Assembly (NCBI GenBank): GCA_942491485.1
Contig: CALOAX010000002.1
Location: 717,821 to 781,820, forward strand
Reading direction: 5' to 3'
Length of the DNA stretch: 64,000 nt
Origin: Desulfolunaceae bacterium
Lineage (GTDB): Bacteria > Desulfobacterota > Desulfobacteria > Desulfobacterales > Desulfolunaceae
How positions within the stretch are numbered: position 1 is the stretch's first letter; each line of letters starts with the position of its first letter. The notes below the pieces were generated by a model. It worked only from the letters and a program-made list of their open reading frames with translations, searched no databases and was not told the DNA's origin. Positions 1 to 9,543 of the stretch are shown here, piece by piece. Both the position numbers and the translations under genes were made by a program.

Positions 1-1253
1 TGAACAAGGGAGTACCAGATAAGAAGGGCCATGTTGCGCGGATCAAGGGCGGGGCTCTTGATGCGGAAATGGTGCAGCATAAAAAGCATAAGGTCCTTGA
101 CCGTTGCTGGGCATCCGCCGATCTTCACCACCTTGCCCGCCTGAAACGTTCCCGAGACCCCGGCACACTTGCCGATGAGGGCCACGGTCTCCCCCGGGTG
201 AACCACATCGCCCTGGTAATGCCCCATGACAATGGCACCGGGCTTGGCTTTTTTCATGCTCCCCTCGTTCTTTTTCTCCGAGGTTCCCAATACCCCTTTG
301 ATGGAGCAGATGCACCCGCCATCACAGATGTTTCCGGAGGCCGGATTGATCCCTTCATAAAACCGAATGGGCGTATCCAGCTCCTGGAGATCCTGAAAGG
401 GAGAGACCACGCCTTTAAGACGTGCCGCCAGCTCCTCCACGGTTACATCCCCCGACACATCGACATCTGAGATGGAAAGGCTGCCGTACCCCCTGTCCGA
501 CGCTTCTTTGAGGTGCTTCACCTCTTCAGGGTCGTAACCGAGAATGTGGGAGGCCACCACATCCACGGCCAGGGGGTCATTGGAAATCAAAAGCGCCCCC
601 AGGGGAACGGGCCACGGGCTCGATTCAAAGCCTTTGCCGATGATCACCGCATCGGTGACCACGAGATCGGGCATCCCCACCTCCAGAAGGTCCACAATCT
701 TTTCGTGGAGCCTGTCGTCATGGTAGTGGAACCGCTCCTTGTGAGTCAGGATCCCGACATTAAGCTTCAAGGCATTGGTAAGGTCCGTAACGATGTGGTA
801 CTTGAGCTTGGGCATCCACACCTTGAAATCCGCTTCGTGAATAGAGCGTGCCACCTCCATGGTGGTGTGCCACTTGGCCTTTTCAAGGGACCGTTTAAAG
901 GTCTTCTCCTCACTGAAATCCACCAGGGGTACCCCTGCCCGCTTCGCGGCATCCGCCATGCCCGACTCGGCAAAAAACATCCGACTGGGGATGCCGATCC
1001 CTCCGGACTCACCGATGGTGATACTCTCCGCGCCCCTCTGATGTTTAAGCACCTTCACCATGGCCTCCACCATCCTGGGCTCGGTGTAGCTGTGATGGAT
1101 ATACTCTTTGTTTGCCGTCACCACGTTGGGCTTGATGAGAACGCGCCCCCGGGGGCGCATCGCCAACGCCTCCATGCCCTCGCCAATCAACCGTTTCAGG
1201 GTCTCCTGATCGTACGCATCGCACCGCCTGATGATCACCTTCCGTTTCGTCAT
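1..1253 (-). CDS. DUF362-domain protein, 3' end runs off the window
   Basis: Missing from the ORF track because no stop falls inside the window. ATG at 1253 after GAAGGGGG reads MTKRKVIIRRCDAYDQETLKRLIGEGMEAL...RVLIKPNVV; the frame near base 1 reads ...GCPATVKDLML.... IKPN is typical of DUF362. Confidence 0.75.
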   Translation of the reverse strand, partial: MTKRKVIIRRCDAYDQETLKRLIGEGMEALAMRPRGRVLIKPNVVTANKEYIHHSYTEPRMVEAMVKVLKHQRGAESITIGESGGIGIPSRMFFAESGMADAAKRAGVPLVDFSEEKTFKRSLEKAKWHTTMEVARSIHEADFKVWMPKLKYHIVTDLTNALKLNVGILTHKERFHYHDDRLHEKIVDLLEVGMPDLVVTDAVIIGKGFESSPWPVPLGALLISNDPLAVDVVASHILGYDPEEVKHLKEASDRGYGSLSISDVDVSGDVTVEELAARLKGVVSPFQDLQELDTPIRFYEGINPASGNICDGGCICSIKGVLGTSEKKNEGSMKKAKPGAIVMGHYQGDVVHPGETVALIGKCAGVSGTFQAGKVVKIGGCPATVKDLMLFMLHHFRIKSPALDPRNMALLIWYSLV

Positions 1254-1371
1254 GGCCCATCCCCCTTCGCACGGTAAACACCCATTTTATAACTACATAC
1301 CCGATACCCGGATTTTGGTTTATGTTCAAGCACATTGTTCTTTTTGCACAAATAGAAAGCCTGAGAAAGCA

Positions 1372-1733
1372 TGCCTCCGGCGGCGAGGTGGGGGCACCTC
1401 GAAACCCTATGGCGAATGCTATAAGGGTGTCGGTGTATGTTGCACCTCGCGTCCGCATTCGCGTGGCGTGTGACATCACTCAACAATCGTCACAAGAGCA
1501 TGAGATACCGGAGCTCCAGTATCGGATCATGCGTTGACTTTCACCGAATTTACACCAGCAACCAACCTTCAGAGTGGTTCACCTTGCTACTGGGAACAAG
1601 CCTTTGAAAAGTTCAAAAGAAGACACCAGAGATTTAGTCGAAATACTCTGCGAATGATCACGACCCGAGGAACAAGGGGTGGGGTCATTCGCAACCTGGG
1701 GTCCAGGGGATCATCCCCTGGCCGCCGGAGGCA
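1372..1733. repeat. TGCCTCCGG-family palindromic repeat doublet (REPIN/MITE-like)
   Basis: Ends TGCCTCCGGCGGC...GCCGCCGGAGGCA are inverted. Internal hairpins CGAGGTG/CACCTCG, GCGAATGC/GCATTCGC and CAGGGGATCATCCCCTG. Confidence 0.85.
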
Positions 1734-1776
1734 TTCTCTTCATCTTTTTTCATGGCCCTCCTTTTTTTGGCGTGCC

Positions 1777-1805
1777 TTGACGAACCCGATCCATTTCAGT
1801 ACATT
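1777..1805 (+). promoter_or_regulatory. sigma70 promoter of the crcB leader
   Basis: TTGACG-N17-TACATT just upstream of the riboswitch. Confidence 0.65.
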
Positions 1806-1822
1806 GACACACATCTTTTTTA

Positions 1823-1895
1823 TGGGGATGGAGTTCCCCTGCGCCCGGCTCATTCTCTGCCGGAACAAACCGCCTTTGTGCTGATGACGCCTGCC
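1823..1895 (+). ncRNA. Fluoride (crcB) riboswitch aptamer
   Basis: GGGGATGGAGTTCCCC...AAACCGC...GCTGATGACGCCTGC matches the fluoride riboswitch consensus and lies directly upstream of crcB. Confidence 0.92.
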
Positions 1896-1934
1896 AACGG
1901 AACCGGTGTGTCCCGTGGCGGGCAGCCACTCAGC

Positions 1935-1960
1935 AAGCCCGCCGTGCAGCGGGTTTTTTT
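1935..1960 (+). terminator. Intrinsic terminator, expression platform of the fluoride riboswitch
   Basis: AAGCCCGC-cgtgca-GCGGGTTT followed by a T run, between aptamer and crcB. Confidence 0.75.
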
Positions 1961-2034
1961 ATTTGCCAGACGTCCCACAGGCCTGGCCGCCCTACCCGGC
2001 AGAACCTGCCGGTCGCTATCGGAGATTTGACCCA

Positions 2035-2418
2035 ATGATCCTCTACCAGAAGCTCCTCTGCATAGCTGCAGCCGGAGCCCTTGGAACCTTGTCCAGGTAC
2101 GGCCTGGCAGGACTCGTTCAACGCGTAGCCGGAAGTGGTTTCCCCTGGGGAACGGCGAGCGTCAATGTCATCGGCTGCTTTCTTTTCGGACTGGTCTGGA
2201 CCTTAAGTGCGGAGCGCATGGCCATCAGTGCCGAAGCGCGCACCATCATCCTCACCGGGTTCATGGGGGCCTTCACCACCTTTTCCACTTTTATCTCAGA
2301 GACCGGCCAACTGGCAGGTGGGGCCCAATGGTGGGTCGCTTTGGGAAACGTGACCCTTCAGATAACAGCAGGGCTGACCCTCTTCTTTGTGGGTGCCACC
2401 CTGGCCCGGTGGCTGTGA
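2035..2418 (+). CDS. crcB: Fluoride efflux channel CrcB/FluC
   Basis: GALGTLSRY, FPWGTASVNVIGCF and GFMGAFTTFSTF motifs. Start trimmed to ATG 2035 after GGAG. Confidence 0.95.
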   Translation: MILYQKLLCIAAAGALGTLSRYGLAGLVQRVAGSGFPWGTASVNVIGCFLFGLVWTLSAERMAISAEARTIILTGFMGAFTTFSTFISETGQLAGGAQWWVALGNVTLQITAGLTLFFVGATLARWL

Positions 2419-2518
2419 TCCACACGAAGCAGCGCTATTCCCCCCCACAACAGAGACCAGGCCACACGGACGGCACATCGGACTGACACCCTTACCATGC
2501 TTTCATCAGGAGATGATC

Positions 2519-2860
2519 ATGCCCATAACAAATGATGCACAGCGCCTGAGGATCTACATCGGCGACCAGGCCCGTCACAAGGGGGTCCCCCTGTATCAAT
2601 GGATTGTTGAAGAGGCGAGAAAAAGAAAAATGGCGGGAGCCACGGTGTTCAGAGGAAATATGGGGTTTGGAGCCAGCAGCCACATCCACACCGACAAGAT
2701 CCTCAGACTCTCAGAAGATCTTCCTGTGGTGGTTGAGATTGTGGATCGCCCTGAACTCATTAAGGCCTTGCTATCCGATTTGGACACCGTGCTGAAAAAG
2801 GGAATGGTCACCCTTGAGTCCATTCAGGTACTGGCTTACAGGGACGGGACCCCCCAGTAA
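2519..2860 (+). CDS. DUF190 (PII-like) protein
   Basis: LRIYIGD..., GATVFRGNMGFG and LSEDLPVVVEIVD; usual crcB neighbour; AGGAG RBS. Confidence 0.9.
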   Translation: MPITNDAQRLRIYIGDQARHKGVPLYQWIVEEARKRKMAGATVFRGNMGFGASSHIHTDKILRLSEDLPVVVEIVDRPELIKALLSDLDTVLKKGMVTLESIQVLAYRDGTPQ

Positions 2861-2883
2861 ATATAATTCAGCAGATGAAGACG

Positions 2884-2968
2884 GCCTCCGACGGCAAAGT
2901 GTGGCACCTTGAAAGCAGGTTGCCCACCGTTATTTTAAACACATACCCCAAACAGGGCCGCCGGGGGC
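2884..2968. repeat. Degenerate TGCCTCCGG-family doublet
   Basis: GCCTCCGACGGCAAAGTGTGGCACCTTGAAAGCAGGTTGC...CAGGGCCGCCGGGGGC between convergent genes. Confidence 0.65.
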
Positions 2969-3008
2969 GTAAGCTGACCAGCCAGAACCACGAAGGAAAA
3001 GGGGGATC

Positions 3009-4385
3009 TCATGCTTCCGGATCTCCACATGACGCCCCCCTTTCACGTTTGCGCATGGTAAGGTTCAAATCCGCCTCGCGGATGAGGATCTCTGAAGTCA
3101 CCCCCTGGCTTGGAAACAGGCTTACCCCAACACTCGCGCCAATGGAAACGCTCTCCAGGCCGCTCACTGAATAAGGTTTCTTTAAGGCCTGAACCATCTC
3201 TTCCGCCTTCGCCTCCACTTCATCACCCGCCTCAACACTTTCAAGGACCACCACAAATTCATCCCCCGCCATCCTGAACACCAGCTCAACCCCCTGCATC
3301 ATCTCTTCCAGGCGCCTCGCCGCCTCCCTTAACACAAGGTCTCCGGCTTTGTGTCCGTATGTTTCATTGATGGGTTTAAACCGATCAAGGTCAATATAGA
3401 ACAGGGCAAAGGACTCATCTTTATAAAGATTCGTGGTGATCATCTGCTTGATGTACGCATCAAAATAGCGAATATTGGGAAGGCCTGTGATGGGGTCGTG
3501 GTGCGCCAGGTAACGGATACGGCTCAAGGACGTGAAAAGGGCAAACAACATACCGGTGATAACCAAAACAACCGCCAAGCAGACCACCCGCACCACCGCC
3601 TCGGTGTGAAAGGTCGAACTCGTTCTGTAGGGTGCCGCCGCCAGGACCCAGGAGCCAACCGGAAGGGTAATGGGCAGCTGAACGGCGTCGCGATCAGAGA
3701 AAAGGGTAGGGTCCCCGTAGAAAACCTCACCTCGCAATCCCATGCCGTCTTTTCCCCTCAGGGCATACCGGTAAAGACTGGCATCCATGAGGCCGCTGGC
3801 CGCATAGAGGGAGTCCACATCCATCACCATACTGGCAAGCCCCCAGTAAGAGCTCTCCTTGTCACTTAAAAAAATAGGGCTCCGGCTGATCATGCCCCGA
3901 CCTCCCTGAACCAGATTCACCGGTCCCGCCACAACCGTTCGTCGGGTTTCAATGGCACGGATCACCGCGGGGCGTTGAGCCGGGTTGTCCATGTAGCGAA
4001 GCCCCAAAGCCGCTTCGTTTCCTGCAAGGGGGTACATGTGGGTGATGATATTGGCCTTAGCCAGGGCGATGTTGCGAATATGGGGGGTGCGGCGTATCAG
4101 AAGCCGGGCAATGGATGAAAAGGTCTCCTGGCTCACGTCAGAATTAGAGGCAACGTAGATCACCAGCCCCAGGGTGAGGTTCAGGGTCGTGTTGATTTCC
4201 GACTCCAGAAGCGTGCGCACCCGCCCGGCCTCCTTAACCACGGCCTCCTTTTCACGGGCGAGCCTCCTGCCCTTTCCAAGGTAGAGCAGGTACTCGCTTC
4301 CGGCAGCAAGCAGCAGAAAAAAAAGCAGGGGAACACCTGCGATAAATATACGGCTGTCTGTGAATCGTTTCACTACGCCTCCCAT
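3009..4385 (-). CDS. CHASE-domain sensor diguanylate cyclase
   Basis: TM-CHASE-TM, then HDPITGLPN, DLDRFKPINETYGH and RMAGDEF. Confidence 0.88.
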   Translation of the reverse strand: MGGVVKRFTDSRIFIAGVPLLFFLLLAAGSEYLLYLGKGRRLAREKEAVVKEAGRVRTLLESEINTTLNLTLGLVIYVASNSDVSQETFSSIARLLIRRTPHIRNIALAKANIITHMYPLAGNEAALGLRYMDNPAQRPAVIRAIETRRTVVAGPVNLVQGGRGMISRSPIFLSDKESSYWGLASMVMDVDSLYAASGLMDASLYRYALRGKDGMGLRGEVFYGDPTLFSDRDAVQLPITLPVGSWVLAAAPYRTSSTFHTEAVVRVVCLAVVLVITGMLFALFTSLSRIRYLAHHDPITGLPNIRYFDAYIKQMITTNLYKDESFALFYIDLDRFKPINETYGHKAGDLVLREAARRLEEMMQGVELVFRMAGDEFVVVLESVEAGDEVEAKAEEMVQALKKPYSVSGLESVSIGASVGVSLFPSQGVTSEILIREADLNLTMRKRERGASCGDPEA

Positions 4386-4934
4386 ATGATGGGTGCAATC
4401 GCCATATTGGGGATCGATATCCTGAATTTACCACTGAATAAATTGAAGGAGAGAAGAGGGACTAAGAGTGCATCTGTAACTCTGAATTCTTAAAAGCCAG
4501 TTGCATGATAGAAATTGAACGACCGATCGAGGCGAGGGTAGATGCTTTCTCAATATATCTCTTTGATATCTGGATGACAAGGAAAGGGCTGTCACATGCA
4601 GAAAGCAACCATTTGAAACGACCCTCCGGTGTCGCTGCCGGAGGCATAGCGTTGCATTATGCATCTGTGGGATGTGCCGTACGGGTTCGGGCTGTTGGTT
4701 CAGCCGGCACGACTGAGACCATGGGTCAAAAACGTCAGGCCAGCCGTATATCAAGCATTGCAGAGCGCCAAATGCCGTGCGAGCGCCCACGCGTGGTGCT
4801 GCAAAAAGCAACCCCCGTATCTCCCAGTGCTTCCTGAAGGGGGATGAAAGCAAAGGAACAGGACGCCATAAGACATCAGCATCTGGTGCCATGATCATTT
4901 AAGGGGGGGATCTTCTCTTCACGCAGGCGCCACC

Positions 4935-5246
4935 CTACACCGCTTCGGCGCAGAGACAGGCAGTCCGGATATAGGAAACCACGGCATCGATGGCCGAGGT
5001 CTCTGCGTGGCAATACAGGGTGCGGCTGTCCCGTTCCTGCCTGAGAAGCCCCACGGACACAAGCCGCGAAATATGGTGGGACAAGGTTGAGGGAGGAACC
5101 CCCAGGGCTTTTTGGACCTGCCCCACAGGAACCCCTTCCGAGCCTTCATTCACAAGGTACCGGATAATTGCAAGCCGCGTTCCATTCCCCAACTCTGCCA
5201 ACCGTTTGACTGCCACTTCATGTTCTGTTTTCACGTTGAGTTTCAT
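4935..5246 (-). CDS. ArsR/SmtB-family transcriptional regulator
   Basis: LAELGNGTRLAIIRYLV...STLSHHISRLVSVGL with a C-terminal CLC. Start trimmed to MKLNV. Confidence 0.88.
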   Translation of the reverse strand: MKLNVKTEHEVAVKRLAELGNGTRLAIIRYLVNEGSEGVPVGQVQKALGVPPSTLSHHISRLVSVGLLRQERDSRTLYCHAETSAIDAVVSYIRTACLCAEAV

Positions 5247-5305
5247 ACCGCCCCCGTCTGAATTTTCACCATCTTGTTGTGCCATCGATTCACTGCCTGA
5301 ACACA

Positions 5306-6658
5306 TCACCCTCCGAAAACAATGGGGTAGGTAGCCCCCCCTTCCGGAAAAACTGCGATCGTGGCCTTATGGCCGATCTTCTTAACCCCCTTACGAATGA
5401 CCTCCCCGGTTTCTGCACAGTGGTCAAAATAGAAGAGACGCTCTGTCTCCTCCACCGTCAGAGAGGGAACATAAAGAAAGAGGTCGTGGGCACGAATCAA
5501 CTGGAGAATATAATAGTAAAGAAATGTTTCCTCAGCGTTCAGGCCCTTTTTGATAACCTTCAAAAGAGCAAACACATGCTTGGGACCGATAATCCGAAGC
5601 AACCCCTTGATAAAAAACAGGGGCAGCCGCATCTTGTCGGGCAGGGGCAAATCGTCCATCCCCCTGTCTGCCTTTAAAAACCCCATGACCGCACCCCCCG
5701 TTTTCAACGCAGGGAGAGCGTTACCCACACACTTCATGGACTGCTTGAAATTGATGTCCATGGGGTAGGAGTTTACAATGATGCCATCCACCTGCTCAGG
5801 CAGATGTCGTCCCTGGGCTTTGCGTGTGTAATCAACACCCTGCCGGTGAGCCTCGATGGGGTCCCCGGCAAAGGCAGCCATCACCTGCCCGCCATGATCA
5901 ATCACCACGTTGATGCAGAAGATGTCGGCTGAGATCATCCCTGCCACCTCTTCAAAGTCGAGCCGGAAATTGTTCTGCCGGGGCTCCATCCCCACCCGAT
6001 TGAACGTCTCTGGCGGATCGGTGAGAAGCTGGTGGTGAACACCGATGGTATCGGCGGCGGCCACTCCGGGCAGGATGTTCTTCATGCCACCCCCGAAGCC
6101 CGCCATCAGGTGTGGTTCGATGAGCCCCATGAGAACAATGAGTTCGGCGTCTTCCAGGTGGCTGTTCAGAGCGACCGGTGTCCCCCGTGTGGTGGTTCCA
6201 AAAGCACAGTTCTTGCCCGCATCAAAGGCATCGTGGTTTTCCCAACGAAGCCGAGAGAGGTTCTGTCCTCCCACCTTGGCGGCCATCTCCTCTTTTGTCA
6301 TGGGAGTATGGATGCCCAGAGCGGGAATCAGCAGAACCCGGGAGAGATCCCCACAGGCTGCCTCCAGTTTATCAAGCACCATGCTGAAATACTTAAACAC
6401 AGGGGTGGGCCGGGTGTTGTCATCTACAATGATGACCACGTTCTTACCAACCAGGTTCATCCTGGAGATGGGGTCAAGCCCCACAGGGTTCTCCACGGCG
6501 CTGGTGACAATGGCAAGTTCGGATCTCGCATCCGACGCCAGCACATGCCCGCGCTCGGGATAAACCATATTCCAACCCGAGGGAACCCTTACCTTCAGTT
6601 CCCCTTCGCCCCAGGGCAATACCACCTCTTGGGTCTGTGTCGGACGTTCCATCCCCAT
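5306..6658 (-). CDS. larA: LarA-family nickel-pincer-dependent 2-hydroxyacid racemase/epimerase
   Basis: DDNTRPTP, ALGIH and EPHLMAGFGGGMKNILPG motifs of the LarA superfamily. Substrate not determinable. Confidence 0.8.
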   Translation of the reverse strand: MGMERPTQTQEVVLPWGEGELKVRVPSGWNMVYPERGHVLASDARSELAIVTSAVENPVGLDPISRMNLVGKNVVIIVDDNTRPTPVFKYFSMVLDKLEAACGDLSRVLLIPALGIHTPMTKEEMAAKVGGQNLSRLRWENHDAFDAGKNCAFGTTTRGTPVALNSHLEDAELIVLMGLIEPHLMAGFGGGMKNILPGVAAADTIGVHHQLLTDPPETFNRVGMEPRQNNFRLDFEEVAGMISADIFCINVVIDHGGQVMAAFAGDPIEAHRQGVDYTRKAQGRHLPEQVDGIIVNSYPMDINFKQSMKCVGNALPALKTGGAVMGFLKADRGMDDLPLPDKMRLPLFFIKGLLRIIGPKHVFALLKVIKKGLNAEETFLYYYILQLIRAHDLFLYVPSLTVEETERLFYFDHCAETGEVIRKGVKKIGHKATIAVFPEGGATYPIVFGG

Positions 6659-7187
6659 CCCCTATCCCGGATATTTCACGAGTCGGGTGCGGTTGTATGC
6701 AAGGCATCAGAGCTGCAGATGGTGTGGTTTACCTCAAAGCTCGGATAACGCAGCAGGTGGGTGCACCCGGCTCGCCCGGAGGGAGAGAAAATCAATCAAA
6801 AAAACCGTGGATTACATTGTGTGTTTTTGAAACAACCAACCACTTCTCAATACACTGTAATCACGAGACATAATTTTCAACCTGATCGTTTTCTCATGAA
6901 CTATCCGGACGAGCACCATTGACGCTAACTGGCCTGTTCGATATCACCAGGCGCCCGTCATAACTATGTTATGGATCAAATATCAATGTTCACACGATGT
7001 GTGGATCAATTTTCTGTTTGATAATAAACGGAAGGTTATTCAGCACAATCAAAACCGGAGTGTCGCCCAAACAATCTCCGGCATCAAACAACAGCTCCCA
7101 TATGGAAGTTATTATTTTTTACCACTAAGTCAATTATAGAACAATGAACTTTTTATTCAACAGTTCATTCAAAAAAAATGAATTCAA

Positions 7188-7736
7188 TTACCGGATATCC
7201 GCCGGGTATAAAATGGACAGCATGGCCTGGTACTCTTTGGAATGCGGCACCAGTGTTGCGTCCCCTTCCCTCACACGCCTGGATAGTTCCCCAAGGGACG
7301 CCCACCTCACGTCGGCCACCTCTTCCGCCTGAAGGATGAGGGAGTCCAATAAAATCTCACGATGAAGGGTGTAGATATCAACCCACTCCCGGTCAATATA
7401 CCGTCCCTCATTCAGGACCGCCTCCCTGGCAATGGAGGTCACGTAATGAAGAGCCCCTGCATCCACGGTGATGCCCAGCTCTTCGAAAAGCTCTTTTTCG
7501 GCCGCTTCGAGGGACGTCTCCCCAAAACTGATGTGCCCGGCTGCAGAGATATCCCAGAGGCCGGGATAATTCTCCTTGGACTCCACACGCCTCTGAAGCA
7601 GGACCTCCCTGTTACCATTCACCACCCAGATATGGACCGTGCGATGCCAGAGCCCGTCCCGGTGAACCACATGCCGAGACACGGAGCGCCCCGTGGGCAC
7701 CCCGTCGGAACTCACTTCTTCAATCATCTCGCTCAT
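7188..7736 (-). CDS. NUDIX hydrolase (IPP-isomerase-like fold)
   Basis: GLWHRTVHIWV; WDISAAGHISFGETSLEAAEKELFEELG nudix box. Confidence 0.88.
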   Translation of the reverse strand: MSEMIEEVSSDGVPTGRSVSRHVVHRDGLWHRTVHIWVVNGNREVLLQRRVESKENYPGLWDISAAGHISFGETSLEAAEKELFEELGITVDAGALHYVTSIAREAVLNEGRYIDREWVDIYTLHREILLDSLILQAEEVADVRWASLGELSRRVREGDATLVPHSKEYQAMLSILYPADIR

Positions 7737-8838
7737 ACGTCATCTTCCTGCCGAGTTTAACCTGTTTGGCTTTGGCGATGTTTCCCGCGATACCGGCCGA
7801 AGCCTTCAGGTCCTCCATGACGGACCTGCTCCCTTCATCCAGGGGAAGCCCTGCCTCAACGAGTGTCGACACAAGGTCCCGGCAGGTTCCCGCCACAGAT
7901 TTGAAGTGAAGCAGGAGGGCCGTGGATTCGTCCGCTGCCTCGACAGATGAATCCGCCGTCAGCCGTGCGCTCTCCCTGGCCACCAGCTCAAGGGCTGCAA
8001 TGTGTGAGGCCAGGGCCCCCAGGGTCTCGCACACCATATCATCGGAAGCATCGCCATGTTTCCCAATCCTCTTCAGCACAAAGCGCAGGGCCCCGGTGAC
8101 ACACCCCATCATCATGGCGTCCTCGTAGCGACGGAAAGGAAGGACCAACTCGGTATAAGCGGCACCGGGGCACCCGAGAACCGTCCCGGAGTCAAGGGGC
8201 ACCTCTTCAAACCGGACGTTGCCGTGGAGAGCGGGCTTAAAAAAAGGAAGGGCCATGGCCTCGGACCGTTCCAGCCCTGGGGTATCTCCCCCAACAAGAA
8301 AAGCGCTGAACTCTTTTCTGCCGTTTTCCTCTGCCACCACGGCCACCACAACCATCAGACCTGCAAGGGGGCCATTGGAAATGTAGGCCTTCTCTCCGGT
8401 AAGGTGCCACCCTGCAGGCACTTTCTCGGCCCTGGTACGCAGCTTTTTAGGGTGGGCCCCGACCTTGGGTTCGGAGACGGCAAAGGCTGTGGGAAACTGC
8501 CCTTGGGCCATACGGGGAAGCCAGGTGGCCTTCTGCGGTTCACTTCCCAGAGCCCCCACCATAAAATGGGCCACCATCTGAGAGATCATCAGGGCAAGGG
8601 GAAGGCCAAGGTTCCCGGTTTCAAGGGTGAGAAGCCGCATTGTTTCAGAGATCTCCGGCCCGCCCCCTCCGATGCCTCCGTAGGCTTCCGGGATACCGAC
8701 GCGGCAGAGCCCCGTCTCCCCGGCCACACGCCAGAGGCGATCAAACAGCTCCGTTTCACCCAGCTTTTCCTGCTCACCCCACACCAACGCCGCTTTTTCT
8801 GAAAAACATGCAATAGTCTCGTTCATCCAACCGTTCAT
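7720..8838 (-). CDS. Acyl-CoA dehydrogenase family protein
   Basis: IPEAYGGIGG, AFAVSEPKVG and LTGEKAYISNG. Start uncertain (8826, 8838 or 8904). Overlaps the NUDIX start. Confidence 0.85.
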   Translation of the reverse strand: MNGWMNETIACFSEKAALVWGEQEKLGETELFDRLWRVAGETGLCRVGIPEAYGGIGGGGPEISETMRLLTLETGNLGLPLALMISQMVAHFMVGALGSEPQKATWLPRMAQGQFPTAFAVSEPKVGAHPKKLRTRAEKVPAGWHLTGEKAYISNGPLAGLMVVVAVVAEENGRKEFSAFLVGGDTPGLERSEAMALPFFKPALHGNVRFEEVPLDSGTVLGCPGAAYTELVLPFRRYEDAMMMGCVTGALRFVLKRIGKHGDASDDMVCETLGALASHIAALELVARESARLTADSSVEAADESTALLLHFKSVAGTCRDLVSTLVEAGLPLDEGSRSVMEDLKASAGIAGNIAKAKQVKLGRKMTYERDD

Positions 8839-9048
8839 AGTCCCCCTGATGCATACTGGCGGCTCCGATACCAGCGCGGAAGCCAAGGATTTATTCGGTA
8901 TCACGGTTCCCTTCGAATCAATTCATTTCACATATGAAGCAGATGCAGAGTAACCACAATCCCTGCCCTTAGCAAGTCCCATCCCACACGACTGGCCACC
9001 ACCCGTCCTTCACCGCCCACCCTTAACGCACACAGCCCCGCTTTCCCT

Positions 9049-9077
9049 TTGACGAGGTGAACTGTTCAGTATAAAAT
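9049..9077 (+). promoter_or_regulatory. sigma70 promoter
   Basis: TTGACG-N17-TAAAAT, about 460 nt upstream of the 9544 gene. Confidence 0.55.
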
Positions 9078-9286
9078 AAAAAATTCTCACAATTGGATAA
9101 CTTACCTTCGCAGAGACCTGTCCCCAGCCACTGCGTCGGCTGGATTCCCAACAATGAACAGCCTGTCAGCCTCTTTTCATACCGTTTCTCAATGCCACCC
9201 GAAGATCCTGGCCAACAGAGGCCATCGTTAACAACTCGTCTGTCTCATTGATTGTTGGAACGTAACGAACCAGCACATGAAAGCCG

Positions 9287-9355
9287 GCCTCCGGCGGCAA
9301 GGTGTGCCACCCTGAACGCAAATCCGCCTTACAAGCGTCGCTCATGGAACGTCAA
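9287..9355 (+). repeat. TGCCTCCGG-family single arm
   Basis: GCCTCCGGCGGCAAGGTGTGCCACCCTGAACGC. Confidence 0.7.
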
Positions 9356-9543
9356 CGCTTCAGCCCTGTTTGTTAAAGATATCGGACTTTAGCCCTGAAC
9401 AGGGCAGCCGGAGGCAGAACTGAACAGTGCCAAAACCGACTGACATACCGGCCCCGAAACCAGCCTGACCGACACACCAGGTATGGCGTTCGTGCGCCGA
9501 TCTTATATAAGTTTTCAGCAAGAACAGGCCACAAGGGTTTTCA

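Noticed and set aside
513-1277. 254-aa plus-strand ORF (and similar shadows at 43287-44276, 45228-46064, 60228-61217)
   Set aside because: Antisense shadows of well-supported genes in GC-rich DNA.
9112-9125. Solitary ACCTGTCCCC resembling the Y1-transposase TIR
   Set aside because: About a 10-bp match with no partner; plausible by chance.
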